DNA from: a virus
Taxonomy: Duplodnaviria; Caudoviricetes
IMG/VR virus record: IMGVR_UViG_3300032224_000653
Location: 1-52,547 of that record
Length of the DNA stretch: 52,547 nt
Strand: one strand, 5' to 3'
Shown here piece after piece: positions 20,648 through 28,776 of the stretch (the first letter of the stretch is position 1; every line of letters begins with the position of its first letter). The position numbers and the translations under genes were made by a program. Under the pieces are notes generated by a model, which did no database searches, was not told where the DNA came from, and was given only the letters and a program-made list of their open reading frames with translations.

Positions 20648-20839
20648 TTAATTAAATATTCGATCTATTACCTGTTGTTTTTCGTTGTTTGATAAACGTG
20701 TCCAGGCCGTAATCTCTTCCCTTGTTCTTTGGCAGCCCTTACAAACTCCGAATAGATTGAGGGTACAGACCCCGGTGCATGGACTCGCCACGTCCATGCT
20801 AGACTCCAGTTTCTCAAATTTAACGGCGGGCATAGCCAC
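20648..20839 (-). CDS. DUF1289-like small Cys-rich protein
   Basis: SPCTGVCTL...CKGCQRTREEITAW signature. Confidence 0.75.
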   Translation of the reverse strand: MAMPAVKFEKLESSMDVASPCTGVCTLNLFGVCKGCQRTREEITAWTRLSNNEKQQVIDRIFN

Positions 20840-20842
20840 GGA

Positions 20843-22717
20843 TCAGATTTCACAGACACCGGCGGTACACGCCAACATCTGCGCGCCCTCTACGTTGTCG
20901 GTGTTTTCTCTGAGCTGGAGCCAGTCGACGACGGGGATGCTGGCCTTGAGCTTGTTGTATTCTTCTTCGGTGCACTCTTCGTACGGAGCTTGGCGATATG
21001 TTCCACCGTCGTACGGGAGATAGCTAACTCCGCTGATTTCTCCAAAGTGATCCCAGGTCCAGGCTCCGACGGCTGGCCAGTCTCCTTCGGCGACGGAGAT
21101 GGTGACTGAGGGCTTGTGCTCGCACCAGTGCCTTTGGTAGGTGAGCCAGAGCTCGAGGTGGGCGATTGGTGTGACGTCGTCTCTAACAAGTCCGTCAGGT
21201 GCTCTCTGAGGGAAACTGAAGACGGTAGTCTGGGTTGGCTTGTAAACGCAGTCTTCAGCTGGTACTCCTTGTCCAACAAGGAACTGGGTGAGAGGATCTT
21301 TTTTATCTCCTCGCACTCTGCGGATATAGTATTTACTATGGCGAGGGTGGATGCCACTCGCCGAATCAACGAGCTGGGATACTGTTCCACTTGGCTTGAC
21401 GCATGTGATAGAAGCGCTGACAGGGATTCCGAGAGCTGCTGCCCATTCTGTATTTGTTGCTCGAGCGCATTCTCTAAGTTCGTCCAATAAAACATTTAAT
21501 TCCTCTCCTTGTGTACACAAGAGTTTGTTGTCGTAGATTCCGGTGAGTGATACACCAAGTAATCGCTCTTCTTCCGTATTGCGCTGCCAGACTTTACGGA
21601 GATAAGGGAACTTAGTGAATGTACTTTGGATAGTACCCAGTATTGAAGCCAGACGTACTTTACGTAAAAGCGTTTCTTTATTGTCATCATGTCGTACTAC
21701 TACCTCGCTAAGGTTACAAAATTGGTAGGGCCTAAGAACAATCTCTGAGCAGGGGTTGGTTCCGAATTCAAAGTTAGGATCACGGTGCCCGTACTTCTCC
21801 ACAGTTTTACGCGCAGCCTCACGATTGAATATCCCTCTCTCTCCACTATGTGAATTGTATAGAGACAACCACTCTTCCATAAACTTTCCAACGGTAGGTG
21901 TCTCATTATAAACCGCGCTATTGTTGGCGAGTGCACGGTGAGGTGCGGTGTCCCACCAGGGTCCAGCTTTAGCATGTCGAATTCTTTCATCATCAAGGTC
22001 AGACAACGAGATCATTGCAGAGCGACGCACGCCGCCTACCACAACCACCTCACCAATTTTACACATCAGGTCGTGGCACTCTAAACTATTTAGCTTACGA
22101 CCTTTAGCGTGTTTAAATGTTGCTACAGTAAACTCAAATAGATCTACTAATGGTTGCGGCCCAGAGGCTCTTCCACCAAATGTTTTGAGTCGTGCTCCGG
22201 CAGGTCTAATGGTTGATACATCCCACTGGGGAATTTCCCCGGCGTAGAGGTGTGCGATGAGAAGACGCAATGACTTGGCCCATCCCTCCTTAGAATCGTG
22301 GACGTTGATCGTGCCCCCGCTATTAAATAACTTTTCTGGCACTTCTGGCAGTTGATTAATATATTTAGATTCAACGCTAAAGCCGACGCCCGTTCCGCAG
22401 AGCAAAATAAACATCGCCTCATCAAACGACTTAACGTCATCAACAGGTAGGTACGAACAATTGTATACGCATGTGTTATCACGGTCGGCGCTCTTTCCTG
22501 CAGTCATCATGGCACGCATGGACGGCATCAATTCAAGGTTAACGATAGAGTTATACAACTCTGCTTTTAATTCACTGTTGCCAGTAATGGCCGGTGTGCG
22601 GCTAAAGATGTAATCTGTAAAGCGGGTTACTGTCTCTGGCCATGTCTCACGACGACCCTTGTCATCTTGAAATCTGGCGTAACGGCTGGCGGCAATGTAT
22701 TCTTGATACTGATCCAT
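20843..22717 (-). CDS. nrdJ: Class II (B12-dependent) ribonucleotide reductase
   Basis: YNCSY, GGVRRSA, GTNPCSEI, TCVKPSGTVS and C-terminal CxxxxC; no beta-subunit gene nearby. Confidence 0.93.
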   Translation of the reverse strand: MDQYQEYIAASRYARFQDDKGRRETWPETVTRFTDYIFSRTPAITGNSELKAELYNSIVNLELMPSMRAMMTAGKSADRDNTCVYNCSYLPVDDVKSFDEAMFILLCGTGVGFSVESKYINQLPEVPEKLFNSGGTINVHDSKEGWAKSLRLLIAHLYAGEIPQWDVSTIRPAGARLKTFGGRASGPQPLVDLFEFTVATFKHAKGRKLNSLECHDLMCKIGEVVVVGGVRRSAMISLSDLDDERIRHAKAGPWWDTAPHRALANNSAVYNETPTVGKFMEEWLSLYNSHSGERGIFNREAARKTVEKYGHRDPNFEFGTNPCSEIVLRPYQFCNLSEVVVRHDDNKETLLRKVRLASILGTIQSTFTKFPYLRKVWQRNTEEERLLGVSLTGIYDNKLLCTQGEELNVLLDELRECARATNTEWAAALGIPVSASITCVKPSGTVSQLVDSASGIHPRHSKYYIRRVRGDKKDPLTQFLVGQGVPAEDCVYKPTQTTVFSFPQRAPDGLVRDDVTPIAHLELWLTYQRHWCEHKPSVTISVAEGDWPAVGAWTWDHFGEISGVSYLPYDGGTYRQAPYEECTEEEYNKLKASIPVVDWLQLRENTDNVEGAQMLACTAGVCEI

Positions 22718-22809
22718 TTATTATTCTCTATATTATCTGGTTGATAAAGGGTAAAAAGCCCGACGCAGTTTCTACGCCGGGCCGCCCATCTACTGGGTAC
22801 TACAACTAC

Positions 22810-23328
22810 TTATACTGCGAAGTCTGCCGCTGCTGTGGTAGAGCCACCAAACTTCTCACCATCTTCCAACTTCTGCACGTTGTTTAAACCTGCCGCGATG
22901 CCCTTAGAGCCACTTGTATCGTACGGATACAATGTGATTGATGCACGACCATAGCAACCTGAGTAGAACTCGCTGGTGTCAATGATAGGGTTCAAGTCGG
23001 CGTCAACAATACCTGGCTTTTCGTTAGAGCTGGCGTTGATGAAGTAGTGACCTGCGTATGCTGGGTCATCCTTCTCTGCGTCACCGTCACGTAGACCACC
23101 CTTGAGTGTCTTAGGAATAGAGCCACCCCATACTACGGCGTTGGCCGTCTTGGTGTCCTCGAATGCCTTCTTAAAGCGGTTTACTGTGTCTGTGTCAGAC
23201 TTAGGGATCAAGATTGAAACTGAGTACTTTAACACGCCGTTAGGTGTCTCAGCAGGCTGGAACACGTTAGCGTAAGAGAAACGTACTTTGCCAGTTACAA
23301 ACTTGGTCTTGATTGATTTTGATGCCAT
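22810..23328 (-). CDS. Single-stranded DNA-binding protein (DUF2815 / gp2.5-like)
   Basis: VRFSYANVF, KYSVSILIPK, LRDGD, FYSGCY, GLNNVQ; acidic tail ending DFAV. Confidence 0.9.
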   Translation of the reverse strand: MASKSIKTKFVTGKVRFSYANVFQPAETPNGVLKYSVSILIPKSDTDTVNRFKKAFEDTKTANAVVWGGSIPKTLKGGLRDGDAEKDDPAYAGHYFINASSNEKPGIVDADLNPIIDTSEFYSGCYGRASITLYPYDTSGSKGIAAGLNNVQKLEDGEKFGGSTTAAADFAV

Positions 23329-23396
23329 GATGATTATTTCCTTTTTAACATAAAGACTGGTCTTCAATTGGGGCCAGTCTGTCTACCCATACTGCT

Positions 23397-23408
23397 ACTA
23401 ATACGCAA
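23397..23408 (-). promoter_or_regulatory. Phage promoter TTGCGTATTAGT upstream of SSB-RNR
   Basis: ACTAATACGCAA on the plus strand, intergenic. Confidence 0.75.
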
Positions 23409-23441
23409 ATCTACTATTTACTATTTCACAATGTGATAAAG

Positions 23442-23699
23442 TTAGGCGTCGTACAAAATGCCTAGCTCACCCATCGCCTGCTTCATCGCCAGCGCCTTGA
23501 TAAAGTCTGATAGATACTCAGGCTCCTCAATTACCTCCGGCTCTTCTGCTACTATGTCTAAAATTTCGTCAATTGATTCTCTTAGCTGGCAGATACCCTC
23601 TCGGTATCCGCTGCCTGGTAGAGTATCAAAGTCTTTTAAAAACTTATCAATCAATAGGTCCGGCACCTCAAACTCCGAACCATAGCACTCTACCATCAT
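23442..23699 (-). CDS. Acidic hypothetical protein
   Basis: Start moved to MMVECY behind an AGGAG RBS. Confidence 0.65.
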   Translation of the reverse strand: MMVECYGSEFEVPDLLIDKFLKDFDTLPGSGYREGICQLRESIDEILDIVAEEPEVIEEPEYLSDFIKALAMKQAMGELGILYDA

Positions 23700-23707
23700 A
23701 AAGGCTC

Positions 23708-23851
23708 CTATTTTGCCACCATAACCAACCCTATGTTGCCCATGGCGTAACCTAAAAACATAATGCCTGTCCCCGTACTGCCCTTCCAAAACTGTTCACA
23801 GGCCACGTAAAAATACACTAGGCCCATCGCCGCGATTAGCCACGTACTCAT
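23708..23851 (-). CDS. Small two-helix membrane protein (47 aa, MSTWLIAAMGLVY...), not in ORF track
   Basis: ATGA overlap with the upstream gene; hydrophobic. Confidence 0.65.
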   Translation of the reverse strand: MSTWLIAAMGLVYFYVACEQFWKGSTGTGIMFLGYAMGNIGLVMVAK

Positions 23852-24981
23852 GCAAAGTCCTCCTTCGCATCTTCTTTGACTCTTACTAACTTTGGCTCGC
23901 CGTCAGGGCGCTGAATTAAATCTCCAAGCCATGCGGCTACCTGTCCCTTCGGTCCCAGCTTTTCCAGTGTCGCTATAGATTTGAGCTTAGGGGCCTCCCA
24001 AATAATTTCTGGGGTCATACCCCTCTCAACCAAAACGGTGGCCGCTAAGGCCGTGTCTGAGATCTTACGGTGGGTCTTTGTGGTGGAGAGCTTAAACCCT
24101 GGAGGTACAATATTATCCATCACCGCACGAGTTAATGCAAACTCTTCTACATCGTTAACCCAGGTCTTTAAGTTTTGGGCTTTGACAAGGACTTCGCTGA
24201 CTTCTTCTTCGCTAAGGAGGCGCGGGTTTTTGAAATCCTGCTTGGCAAGCTCGGTGTTGTAGTCCGACCGGGCGCGGCACTGCGCTTTTGCGCGGCAGAA
24301 GCCACACCACTCGCCGGGGAGGAACTCGCCTGCGCCGCTCCACGCTTTCTTGGCTTTGGGTTTGACAAAGTAGTTTGCCCAGTCAACGAGCTTGGCGATA
24401 GTTGTACCGTCTGTGGAGATGCTATCGAGTCTCGGCTGGTGGATTGTGTAGCTAACTTCTTTAATTTCGGGGAAATCTTCTTTGAATTTGCTATACGCTC
24501 CGAGCGCGTAGAGACGGAGCTGCGGGTTGTCTTGCGCGTGGACGGGGATTCCTTTTCCAAACTTGAGGTCGATGACTCTGATTGAATGCTTTGAAAGTAT
24601 GACGACGTCTGCAGTACCAAACCCGTCAGGTACCCAGTCACTGAAGTCCACGCGCTGTTCAAATAGCGGGGTATCACCCTCGCCGATCTGGCTACGGACA
24701 TATAGTACGTAGCTATCGACGTGAGCCTCGAAATCGTCGTTGTAGTAGGGTGTTGCCTTGATGGTGCTAACTTCATTTTCATACTCCTCTATTCCAATTT
24801 GTCCAAAGTGGTGTCTTAATTTAGCCTCTGCCAGTGAGTGGGCCGTTGTGCCTTCTTGACTAAAGTCAAAGGCGCCTGAGCCGCGTTTTTGTTCTGGTAG
24901 GGTTGCCTCTAGTTTAGCGCTTGGTGTGCAGGATAGCCACCGTTTTGAGCCTGAGGCACTAAGGAGTGCGTGTGCGGTCAT
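23848..24981 (-). CDS. Cas4-like PD-(D/E)xK exonuclease (DUF2800)
   Basis: HALLSAS..RW..C, EGTTAH, FGTAD, IDLKFG, NPQLRLYALG, WCGFC..C. Confidence 0.9.
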   Translation of the reverse strand: MTAHALLSASGSKRWLSCTPSAKLEATLPEQKRGSGAFDFSQEGTTAHSLAEAKLRHHFGQIGIEEYENEVSTIKATPYYNDDFEAHVDSYVLYVRSQIGEGDTPLFEQRVDFSDWVPDGFGTADVVILSKHSIRVIDLKFGKGIPVHAQDNPQLRLYALGAYSKFKEDFPEIKEVSYTIHQPRLDSISTDGTTIAKLVDWANYFVKPKAKKAWSGAGEFLPGEWCGFCRAKAQCRARSDYNTELAKQDFKNPRLLSEEEVSEVLVKAQNLKTWVNDVEEFALTRAVMDNIVPPGFKLSTTKTHRKISDTALAATVLVERGMTPEIIWEAPKLKSIATLEKLGPKGQVAAWLGDLIQRPDGEPKLVRVKEDAKEDFA

Positions 24982-25014
24982 GTTAGCCTTTTTAGTCTGT
25001 TTATCTGTACATTT

Positions 25015-25026
25015 ACTAATACGCAA
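25015..25026 (-). promoter_or_regulatory. Phage promoter TTGCGTATTAGT upstream of the exonuclease
   Basis: ACTAATACGCAA on the plus strand. Confidence 0.75.
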
Positions 25027-25050
25027 AAAAGGACCCCGAGGAGTCCTTTT
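25025..25050 (-). terminator. Intrinsic terminator after the TerS-like gene
   Basis: Minus strand GGACTC-CTCG-GGGTCC followed by T6; preceded by an A tract. Confidence 0.65.
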
Positions 25051-25076
25051 CTATGTAAAACTGAAAAAATAAATAT

Positions 25077-25454
25077 TTATATTTTTAGGGCGGCAATCAA
25101 TTCTGATACCTCTTTGTTAAAATCAATCGCGACCTCTTGTTTGATATTTTGTTTAATATCCATGCGCTCACGATATTCATCTGGGTACTGCCCGCGCAAA
25201 CAGATTTCGGCAATACGGGAGTTAAATCCCTTGTTGTCTATGTTGGCCAGCATCATGTTCTCCCAGAATGCTTGGCCATACGTCGTGGCCATGGACATGG
25301 TCTCGGCAAAGAACTCATCATCTTTTTTCCATTTTGCTGCGGTGTCTTTGCTGATACCAATGGCGGCATACATCGCCTTTTGTGACGCGCCTTGTTTACC
25401 TAACTCTATGACAACGTCTGCCATTTCTTTTGTAAATTTTTTCTTAGCTGCCAC
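25077..25454 (-). CDS. Terminase small subunit-like HTH protein
   Basis: N-terminal HTH (GASQKAMYAAIGISKDTAAKW), helical middle (QAFWE...FNSR), YRER tail; size typical of TerS. Confidence 0.65.
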   Translation of the reverse strand: MAAKKKFTKEMADVVIELGKQGASQKAMYAAIGISKDTAAKWKKDDEFFAETMSMATTYGQAFWENMMLANIDNKGFNSRIAEICLRGQYPDEYRERMDIKQNIKQEVAIDFNKEVSELIAALKI

Positions 25455-25710
25455 ATTTCCACCTTTTTAGTGCTGCTGCTTTTCTTGTTGGTTTGCCATT
25501 CTCGTCCTTCATAGGACCTTTTACGCCGCTCATACGAGCGCAGAATGAGTCTTTACGTGCACCACCTTCAGGCTGTGGCGCCTTTAAATTTGATCCGGTC
25601 GCGGCATTATACTTAGCGCGACCTTTTGCTGTTAGGCCTGCACCTTGTGATGCCGGTAACTTTTCACCACGACCAATTGCTAATGATGGGGCTTTTTTCT
25701 TTGTTGCCAT
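25444..25710 (-). CDS. Small basic phage protein (DUF6321-like)
   Basis: GLTAKGR, SFCARM and ALKRWKC motifs. Confidence 0.65.
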   Translation of the reverse strand: MATKKKAPSLAIGRGEKLPASQGAGLTAKGRAKYNAATGSNLKAPQPEGGARKDSFCARMSGVKGPMKDENGKPTRKAAALKRWKCGS

Positions 25711-26120
25711 TATTTTTTCTTGTTTCCGCGTTTAACTTTGCCGCCTTTGGCTTGTTTTATAAGTCCAGAACTTCTTGCTTTTGCTGCTGTTACAGCATCT
25801 TCAATGGTATCATGCGTACTAGTGGGTTTAATGCGGCCCATTTGCAGTTTGTTCATAATTTCATCGTCGCTGCGTTGTACACCTTTGATAATACTTGGCG
25901 TATTTATGTATTTACCTTTGTATGGAAGCGTAGTGGATTTTTCAGATACATTTTCACCTTCTGAAGTTCTAAATATGGGCTTTCCTGCTTCTGAAAACTG
26001 CCCTGTAGGTCTGCCCACTGGATTAGAAAAACCACTTATTGAAGACAAACTACCACCATCGGACATCTTTTTTACCCGACCGCCTGTTTTCATTTTAGGC
26101 ATTTTTTTGAAATCTTTCAT
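25710..26120 (-). CDS. Basic protein with xxxGG motifs flanking a small globular domain
   Basis: MKTGG, MSDGG, QAKGG; N-terminus MKDFK resembles MEDFK of 1096..1806. Confidence 0.6.
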   Translation of the reverse strand: MKDFKKMPKMKTGGRVKKMSDGGSLSSISGFSNPVGRPTGQFSEAGKPIFRTSEGENVSEKSTTLPYKGKYINTPSIIKGVQRSDDEIMNKLQMGRIKPTSTHDTIEDAVTAAKARSSGLIKQAKGGKVKRGNKKK

Positions 26121-26272
26121 TTCTTTTTCTTAGCAGTCTTAGCTGATTGCACAAATGCGTCTGCAGTAGGAGCGCCTTTGGCACCGGGTTTACGCATCTT
26201 TTCGCCTGATCCCGTTGCGATACGTTCTCTCTTTTTTTGGATATTGGCGTACAAGCCGGGTTTAGCTGCCAT
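26117..26272 (-). CDS. Small basic protein (51 aa, MAAKPGLYANIQKKR...), not in ORF track
   Basis: Open frame with ATGA overlap into the next gene. Confidence 0.75.
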   Translation of the reverse strand: MAAKPGLYANIQKKRERIATGSGEKMRKPGAKGAPTADAFVQSAKTAKKKK

Positions 26273-26394
26273 GATTGTAAAGTTTTCCTAAATGATTGTA
26301 AAGAATTGATAACGGGCTGGGTTGAGGCTTATCAATCCTATCCAGCCCTACGATTCCCCGTTATATCGGGTGGCCTCGATTTACCAATAAACCT

Positions 26395-26655
26395 TTAAAA
26401 TATTACTGAGACGCCCGCCATCTTTTTAGCGATACCGGCTAATTCTTTGGTTGTCTGACCGCTGATAAAAGTATTGATCTCAATAGCCTTGTCGATGATC
26501 TCTTCAGTCGTTGGGAACTTTGGAGCCAGATCAGCTGCCTCTTTTGATGTCTTGTTCAGCACTTCCCATGCGGCGATGTTAGCCTCATGTTGCTTGATCA
26601 TTAGATCCTTGGCAGTGTTAAAAATAGAAAAGCGTAGTTCAAATGGGGATACCAT
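26395..26655 (-). CDS. Hypothetical protein (SPFELRF motif)
   Basis: Strong AGGAG RBS preceded by an AC-rich tract. Confidence 0.75.
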   Translation of the reverse strand: MVSPFELRFSIFNTAKDLMIKQHEANIAAWEVLNKTSKEAADLAPKFPTTEEIIDKAIEINTFISGQTTKELAGIAKKMAGVSVIF

Positions 26656-26823
26656 AGTTAATTCTCCTGTGTGTGATGTGTGTAAAGTGCCAGTGTTCTA
26701 TGCAGGCGCGCTGGCATCCTGTGACTTTATTTACAGTCAAAAACGATAACCCAAAGGGTCATGTACAACCCAGTCTAAACCAAGTTGGGGGTATAGGAGC
26801 GTCTCCCGACGTGTCCTATATCT

Positions 26824-26854
26824 ACTAATACGCCTTTTTAAAGAAAACCGCCCC
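26824..26854 (-). promoter_or_regulatory. Bipartite phage late promoter GGGGCG-N16-CGTATTAGT
   Basis: Plus strand ACTAATACG 26824-26832 and CGCCCC 26849-26854. Confidence 0.75.
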
Positions 26855-26856
26855 AA

Positions 26857-28091
26857 TTACTCGCCGGGGATAATAATCTTGCGAATTGGCTTTTCTTCAG
26901 ACTTTTCTTGGGATTTTTCTAGCTGCTTGCGAAACATTGGCATCATCTCGTTTACCATCTGCTTGGTCATTGCCTCGGCCAGGAGACGGTGTTTCATCTC
27001 CTCTGCCTCAGATAACTTGGCGGTCTTCTCATCGACCGCCTTCTGGATGTCGGTGCTAAATCCGCGATGCTTTAGGAACTGCCTAATGAAGTTGTCTGTC
27101 AATTTCTAGCCTCCAGATCCTTGGGTACTCCGTCTGCGTTTAACGCCGCCTCTAGGCCCGACTTAGCCTTTTCAATCTGCGGGCCGGCCTGCATCTGGAT
27201 TGTGTTAATCAGACCAACTAGCGCCGTCGCCGGTACCTGTGATGGCATGTTGAGGATGTTTACGATCTCGTTGAGTTGACGGACGGTAAACTCCAAGGTA
27301 ACGCTAAAATCATTTAACTGATTTAGTACTTTTTCTTCGCTCATTTTTTACTTCCTTTCTTTTTTGGTTTTTCGTTTAATAAATCAAATATATTTTCTCT
27401 TGCCGCCAACTTAGCCGGATCGGTGCAGTACTGATCCAACTCAAATTTACGGTTGTATGTATCCATTAACTTTTCCATACGCATGTCGTGCAAAATCTTA
27501 ATACCTAACAAAGCGTTGCCCATTTCATCTTCTGTCATTGGCCTGGGCGCGTCGCCGTGATGTTCAAACAATAGGTTGATGTCATCGCTGGTTTGCCAGG
27601 CCGACATAATGGCCTGCTCTAAATCAAATCTGTCTGTCATTTCTTTTTCCTTGCCGCCTTGACTGCCTTCTCAAACTCACCATGAACAAAGTACCATCGG
27701 CTTAAAATCTCAATGCCGGCTATTGTTTCTTTGAACGCCTCGACATCATCCTCGTGCATGTGTTTATTTTTCTTTAGGTCATTGGTAAGGCTAACGTAGT
27801 CCTCCACCAAGGCGCCTTGGATAATCGTATCCGTAAAATCATCATCAATCTCAATCATCATAGCTCATACCTTTCTTTAAATTTCATACACTGCGCCACG
27901 GCCAGTGTCACCTCTGACTTAAATTTAGTGTGCAAAAACTCACGCTTGGTCTCCATACATTCTTTTTCGGTCATTGTATCCATGCTTGTCATAAAGCTAC
28001 AGGCCTGTCCGATACACATCACGCTGACAAAAATAAACGAGTTCATTTTCCACACTCCGGATCTACATAAACGCTGCTGTATGTTGGGCAA
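26857..28091 (-). other. Run of five small coupled hypothetical genes (26857-27102, 27099-27344, 27341-27640, 27637-27861, 27858-about 28046)
   Basis: Consecutive ATGA overlaps on the minus strand. Confidence 0.7.
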
Positions 28092-28300
28092 TCAGGAATT
28101 TTTGTGCGCTTGGAAATCTCGCGGTCGAGGTACCATCGTGCCTTGCGCAAGTCTTCAATTGCGTCCTGCTTTAAATCACAACGCCAGATATACTTCAAAG
28201 CGTTACCGAGATTAAAGCCCATGTGCTCGGTGATCTCAATACACTCCACACCCGATGGGTGCGCTGTGTAGTGTGTTGGGCGGTTAACTGGGTCTTGCAT
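28043..28300 (-). CDS. DUF3310 (SaV-like) protein
   Basis: DPVNRPTHY, VECIE, GNALKYIWR, EDLRKARWYL. Confidence 0.88.
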   Translation of the reverse strand: MQDPVNRPTHYTAHPSGVECIEITEHMGFNLGNALKYIWRCDLKQDAIEDLRKARWYLDREISKRTKIPDCPTYSSVYVDPECGK

Positions 28301-28466
28301 TCCTCATCTCCTTTAATTCATTTTCCATAGTGCGGGTCTCTTCTATGTTCTCGCACACCCAAATACCAATTAAATCTTTAAACCTACTCACGTCAATGTC
28401 CTCAACGCCGGTGATTGTCTCCATGACGTAGTGGCCCTTGATGCGATGCTCCACAATAAAGTTCAT
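28284..28466 (-). CDS. Hypothetical protein
   Basis: ATGA-coupled to the upstream gene. Confidence 0.6.
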   Translation of the reverse strand: MNFIVEHRIKGHYVMETITGVEDIDVSRFKDLIGIWVCENIEETRTMENELKEMRNARPS

Positions 28467-28774
28467 ATCTTTAATTCTTTCTTAATAAACTCAATACCCT
28501 TCGTAAAGTGGTACCGCCAGTATTTTTCAGTAACGTTTACATCAATGTAGCTTAGTCCCTCTAAAAACGCATCAAAGATATACTGCTGTTTTGTTGGCAT
28601 CTTTTCTTGAATCAAACGCTTGATGTCAATAACGTCCTCGGGCGTCCAAGGAAAGTATCCCTCCACCATCTCGGTAGAGACACCCTCGTTGTCGTCCTGC
28701 TCCAAGGGGTCCAGCTCTTCGTCAGACAGCCTTGGGGTCGCTCGGTTTATCTTGTGTTTGGTTTTTGTTCTCAT
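28463..28774 (-). CDS. Stand-alone sigma70 region-4-like protein (103 aa)
   Basis: PEDVIDIKRLIQEKMPTKQQYIFDAFLEGLSY...VTEKYWRYHFTKGIEFIKKEL resembles the region 4 pattern LPxRQxxIFxLxxxEGLSY...; ATG 6 nt after the promoter motif. Confidence 0.55.
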   Translation of the reverse strand: MRTKTKHKINRATPRLSDEELDPLEQDDNEGVSTEMVEGYFPWTPEDVIDIKRLIQEKMPTKQQYIFDAFLEGLSYIDVNVTEKYWRYHFTKGIEFIKKELKI

Positions 28775-28776
28775 GG

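Noticed and set aside
23848-24981. Cas4 as part of a CRISPR system
   Set aside because: DUF2800-type exonuclease in the usual SSB/polymerase module; no other cas genes or array.
26300-26390. Possible tRNA
   Set aside because: No T-loop GTTCRA and no cloverleaf; no tRNA was recognised anywhere in the window.
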